From the IMG/VR virus record IMGVR_UViG_3300025425_000012: a DNA stretch of 64,000 bases. One strand, given 5' to 3'. Origin of the DNA: a virus. This document shows, one piece after another, positions 61,835 through 64,000 of this stretch (positions are counted from its first letter, which is position 1; the number at the start of each line of letters is the position of its first letter). The notes below the pieces were generated by a model, which was not told where the DNA came from, did no database searches, and was given only the letters and a program-made list of their open reading frames with translations. The position numbers and the translations under genes are program-made.

Positions 61835-62047
61835 TTGGAGAAAGTAATGATTTTAGTAATTACGCACACCTCGCCAAAAACTATCTACGATCATAGAGGT
61901 AGACTAGAAGAAGAAAAAGGTGATATATATGTATCTCATGGTGTAGATATACACACAGGAAAAAATGTAGTATTGCCTTGTGATCTCTGGAAATATTTTA
62001 GTGTTAACTGCTTTCACCAGGATGGTGAATGGTATCTTAAAGGATGA
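61835..62047 (+). CDS. hypothetical protein
   Basis: 70-aa ORF. Confidence 0.3.
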   Translation: MEKVMILVITHTSPKTIYDHRGRLEEEKGDIYVSHGVDIHTGKNVVLPCDLWKYFSVNCFHQDGEWYLKG

Positions 62048-62050
62048 GTA

Positions 62051-62512
62051 ATGAGACAACTATTTTTAGACTGTGATGGGGTACTAGCAGACTTTGATAA
62101 AGGTTTTGAAGACCTTTTCGGGTGGAAACAGGACAGGACTAACCCTCGTGTTAGCCAAAAAGATATGTGGTATAAGATTAGAACTACTAACAAGTTCTTT
62201 GAGAACCTGGATCTGTTACCTGATGCACGCGAACTATATGAAGAAGTAAAGCACCTTCGTCCTATTATTCTTACAGGCTGTCCTTTTGGTGATTGGGCAC
62301 CTGTGCATAAGATGAAATGGCGAGATAAGCACTTTCCAGGAGTCCCTATGATTACTTGTATGGCTAAAGATAAGGTAGACTACGCGCAAGTAAATGATGT
62401 TCTTATTGATGACTATAGTAAGCATAGAGAAACTTGGCAGAACGGCGGTGGCATCTTTATCCACCATAAGAATACCAAAGATAGCCTTCAACAACTAAGT
62501 AATATCTGGTGA
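62051..62512 (+). CDS. HAD-superfamily 5'(3')-deoxyribonucleotidase-like protein
   Basis: MRQLFLDCDGVLADFDKGFEDLFG is the classic DxDGVLAD motif I of NT5C-type nucleotidases. Confidence 0.5.
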   Translation: MRQLFLDCDGVLADFDKGFEDLFGWKQDRTNPRVSQKDMWYKIRTTNKFFENLDLLPDARELYEEVKHLRPIILTGCPFGDWAPVHKMKWRDKHFPGVPMITCMAKDKVDYAQVNDVLIDDYSKHRETWQNGGGIFIHHKNTKDSLQQLSNIW

Positions 62513-63078
62513 AGAGCTGGGCCCAACCACCAGTAGATAAGGTACTAAAACCTTCTCTACTAGGACAGGCTAATATACCAAAAGCACTACACGGTATTAA
62601 TCCTAGGACTATTATGGGAGCTACTGAGTGGACTAAAATCCGTGTTAATGCTATTGCTAAATCTCCTTATTGTAAAGCGTGCGGAGACCCTACAAGATCA
62701 CTAGAGCTACACGAAGACTATGTAGCTAATTACCAACATATGGTAATGCAGTTGAGAGAGTATGTACCTCTATGCTCTTCCTGTCACAGCTTTATTCACT
62801 CAGGATTACTAAGAAGCTTACTTCTTAAGAGAGAGGTAAGCAAATACCATACTAAGCGTGTATTAGAGCATGGCTTAGCAGTTTGTAGAGAAAACGGAAT
62901 AAACGTATTTCATGGAGGATATATACTTGCTAAGGAACTAAACATCGACATGTCTGGTATTAAAAGCTGGGCACCTAAAGTTTCTTCCGAAGGGTGGGGA
63001 CAATGGAGACTACTTTATAATAATGAGTATTATAAGGGACTTACACAAAAACAATGGATGAACAAATATAATGCGTAA
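62509..63078 (+). CDS. HNH/zinc-finger-like nuclease (tentative)
   Basis: CKACGDP...LHEDYV...LCSSCHSFIHSG. Cys/His spacing resembles HNH. Confidence 0.3.
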   Translation: MKSWAQPPVDKVLKPSLLGQANIPKALHGINPRTIMGATEWTKIRVNAIAKSPYCKACGDPTRSLELHEDYVANYQHMVMQLREYVPLCSSCHSFIHSGLLRSLLLKREVSKYHTKRVLEHGLAVCRENGINVFHGGYILAKELNIDMSGIKSWAPKVSSEGWGQWRLLYNNEYYKGLTQKQWMNKYNA

Positions 63079-64000
63079 ACAAGCTAGCCCCGTAAAACTC
63101 GGGTTTCAAATTGTTGGAGGGATTATTGCAACAATGCTTACTCTTACCCTCCTATTCGGAACATGGTTTAAAACCGATACAGGATATAACTATGTAGTTC
63201 AAAATACGTGGTCAGGTAGCGTTTCAGTAATTAGTAGCGCCGGAACACACTTTAAGATGCCTTTCTTTACTACTGTCTATCCATATAAGCAAGCATCTAC
63301 TATCAACCTATCAGGTGTTCGTAGAGGTGCGAACGTAGTTGCTAATTCTGATATTGGTAACTTTACGAGACAACTACACGCCTCTGAGGTTGCCTTTGCT
63401 GATACTTATACCGGCGATATTGCAGCTACTTTTCGTTTCAGGCTTCCTACTGATGAAGATCAGATGCTAGCGCTGCACGGTGAATTTCGTAGTTTCGACA
63501 ATATGGTAGACTCTCTACTAGTACAGAATGCTATTGACGTTCTAACAGTAACAGCCACTCAATATACCGGAGAAGAGTTCTTTCAAGGAGGGGTTAACCG
63601 TTATAAAGTTCAGCTAGCTGATCAGCTTAGAAACGGTCTATACGAAACTCGTAGGCAACAAGTAATCATTGAAGAGACTGAGGTTGCGCCTGTATCTACT
63701 ACTAACTCAGATGCAAACACTCTACAAGAAGTACGTCGCAGAGTGTGGAAGAATATCGTTCTACTAGATAACGATGGACAACCACTACGACAAGAAAACC
63801 CTCTTGCTAGATTCGGTGTTGATGTAACTCAGGTAACTCTGGGTAAAGCATGGGCTAGTGAAGAACTTGATAATCTACTCGATGATAAACGAGCACGAAT
63901 CGGTCGTAGAATTGCCGCAATTGAACAACTTGCAACAGCAGAAGCAGAGGCTCAAGCTGTTCAGCAAGAAGAAGAGATTGAGACAGTTAGACAAACTCAG
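63071..64000 (+). CDS. SPFH/band-7 (prohibitin/HflC-like) domain protein, N-terminal TM; 3' end beyond window
   Basis: Open frame from the ATG at 63071 to the window end (310 codons). N-terminal TM GGIIATMLTLTLLFG. SPFH-like body, then a coiled-coil tail (IAAIEQLATAEAEAQAVQQEEEIE). Confidence 0.5.
   Translation, partial: MRKQASPVKLGFQIVGGIIATMLTLTLLFGTWFKTDTGYNYVVQNTWSGSVSVISSAGTHFKMPFFTTVYPYKQASTINLSGVRRGANVVANSDIGNFTRQLHASEVAFADTYTGDIAATFRFRLPTDEDQMLALHGEFRSFDNMVDSLLVQNAIDVLTVTATQYTGEEFFQGGVNRYKVQLADQLRNGLYETRRQQVIIEETEVAPVSTTNSDANTLQEVRRRVWKNIVLLDNDGQPLRQENPLARFGVDVTQVTLGKAWASEELDNLLDDKRARIGRRIAAIEQLATAEAEAQAVQQEEEIETVRQTQ

Noticed and set aside
1-64000. CRISPR array / alternative genetic code
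   Set aside because: No regularly spaced direct repeats were found. ORFs are continuous under the standard code, with TGA, TAA and TAG all used as stops, so the UCA-anticodon tRNA is interpreted as a suppressor rather than evidence of recoding.

Overview
Overall picture. The window is an AT-rich, gene-dense stretch that looks like the early/accessory ('hyperplastic') region of a large virulent tailed phage, probably a T4-like or KVP40-like marine myovirus. It carries no capsid or tail genes. Coding is almost entirely on the minus strand for 1-8.1 kb and on the plus strand from 8.36 kb onward. The switch between the two lies in a 260-bp divergent intergenic region.

Gene content. Minus block 1-8.1 kb: a sugar-modification set (DegT-type aminotransferase, NeuD/PglD acetyltransferase, a von Willebrand factor A (vWA) protein, an ATP-grasp enzyme, a TrpF-like barrel), a PTH2-like (peptidyl-tRNA hydrolase 2) protein, and ribosomal protein bS21. 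Plus block: many short unannotated ORFs interspersed with recognisable genes. The best supported are UV-damage endonuclease UvdE, Hsp20, N6-adenine methyltransferase, the NAD+ salvage pair NadV (NAMPT, nicotinamide phosphoribosyltransferase) and NatV (NMNAT-Nudix fusion) followed by a metallophosphatase and a macro-domain protein, HNH homing endonucleases, an AAA+ ATPase, a GH19 endolysin with two spanins, and an SPFH protein that runs off the window end. Other calls in the block are tentative: MazG, GatB/YqeY, a lipase, HAD phosphatases, a truncated UDP-glucose dehydrogenase, a class-II aminoacyl-tRNA-synthetase-like mini-core, a carbamoyltransferase N-domain, an outer-membrane beta-barrel and a TAXI-like periplasmic binding protein.

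RNA genes and signals. Between 21.5 and 54 kb there is a very large tRNA island, all on the plus strand. I read about 31 canonical tRNAs by eye, most with CCA encoded. About 10 further elements are aberrant or only tRNA-like: two carry 70-95-nt insertions, several have degenerate anticodon arms, and one has a UCA (opal-reading) anticodon. A sigma70-like promoter motif (TTGCTA, 17 nt, TATATTAAATTATAG) recurs more than 20 times, and several clean rho-independent terminators are present. No CRISPR array or rRNA.

Most interesting candidate. A 513-aa Ro60/TROVE-vWA (Rsr-like) protein at 54426-55967 is preceded by an array of repeated hairpins and tRNA-like T-arm/CCA elements. Together with the many degenerate tRNA mimics elsewhere in the island, this points to a phage Ro60/Y-RNA-like ribonucleoprotein module.

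All RNA calls and coordinates were made by eye. They need checking with tRNAscan-SE and Infernal.
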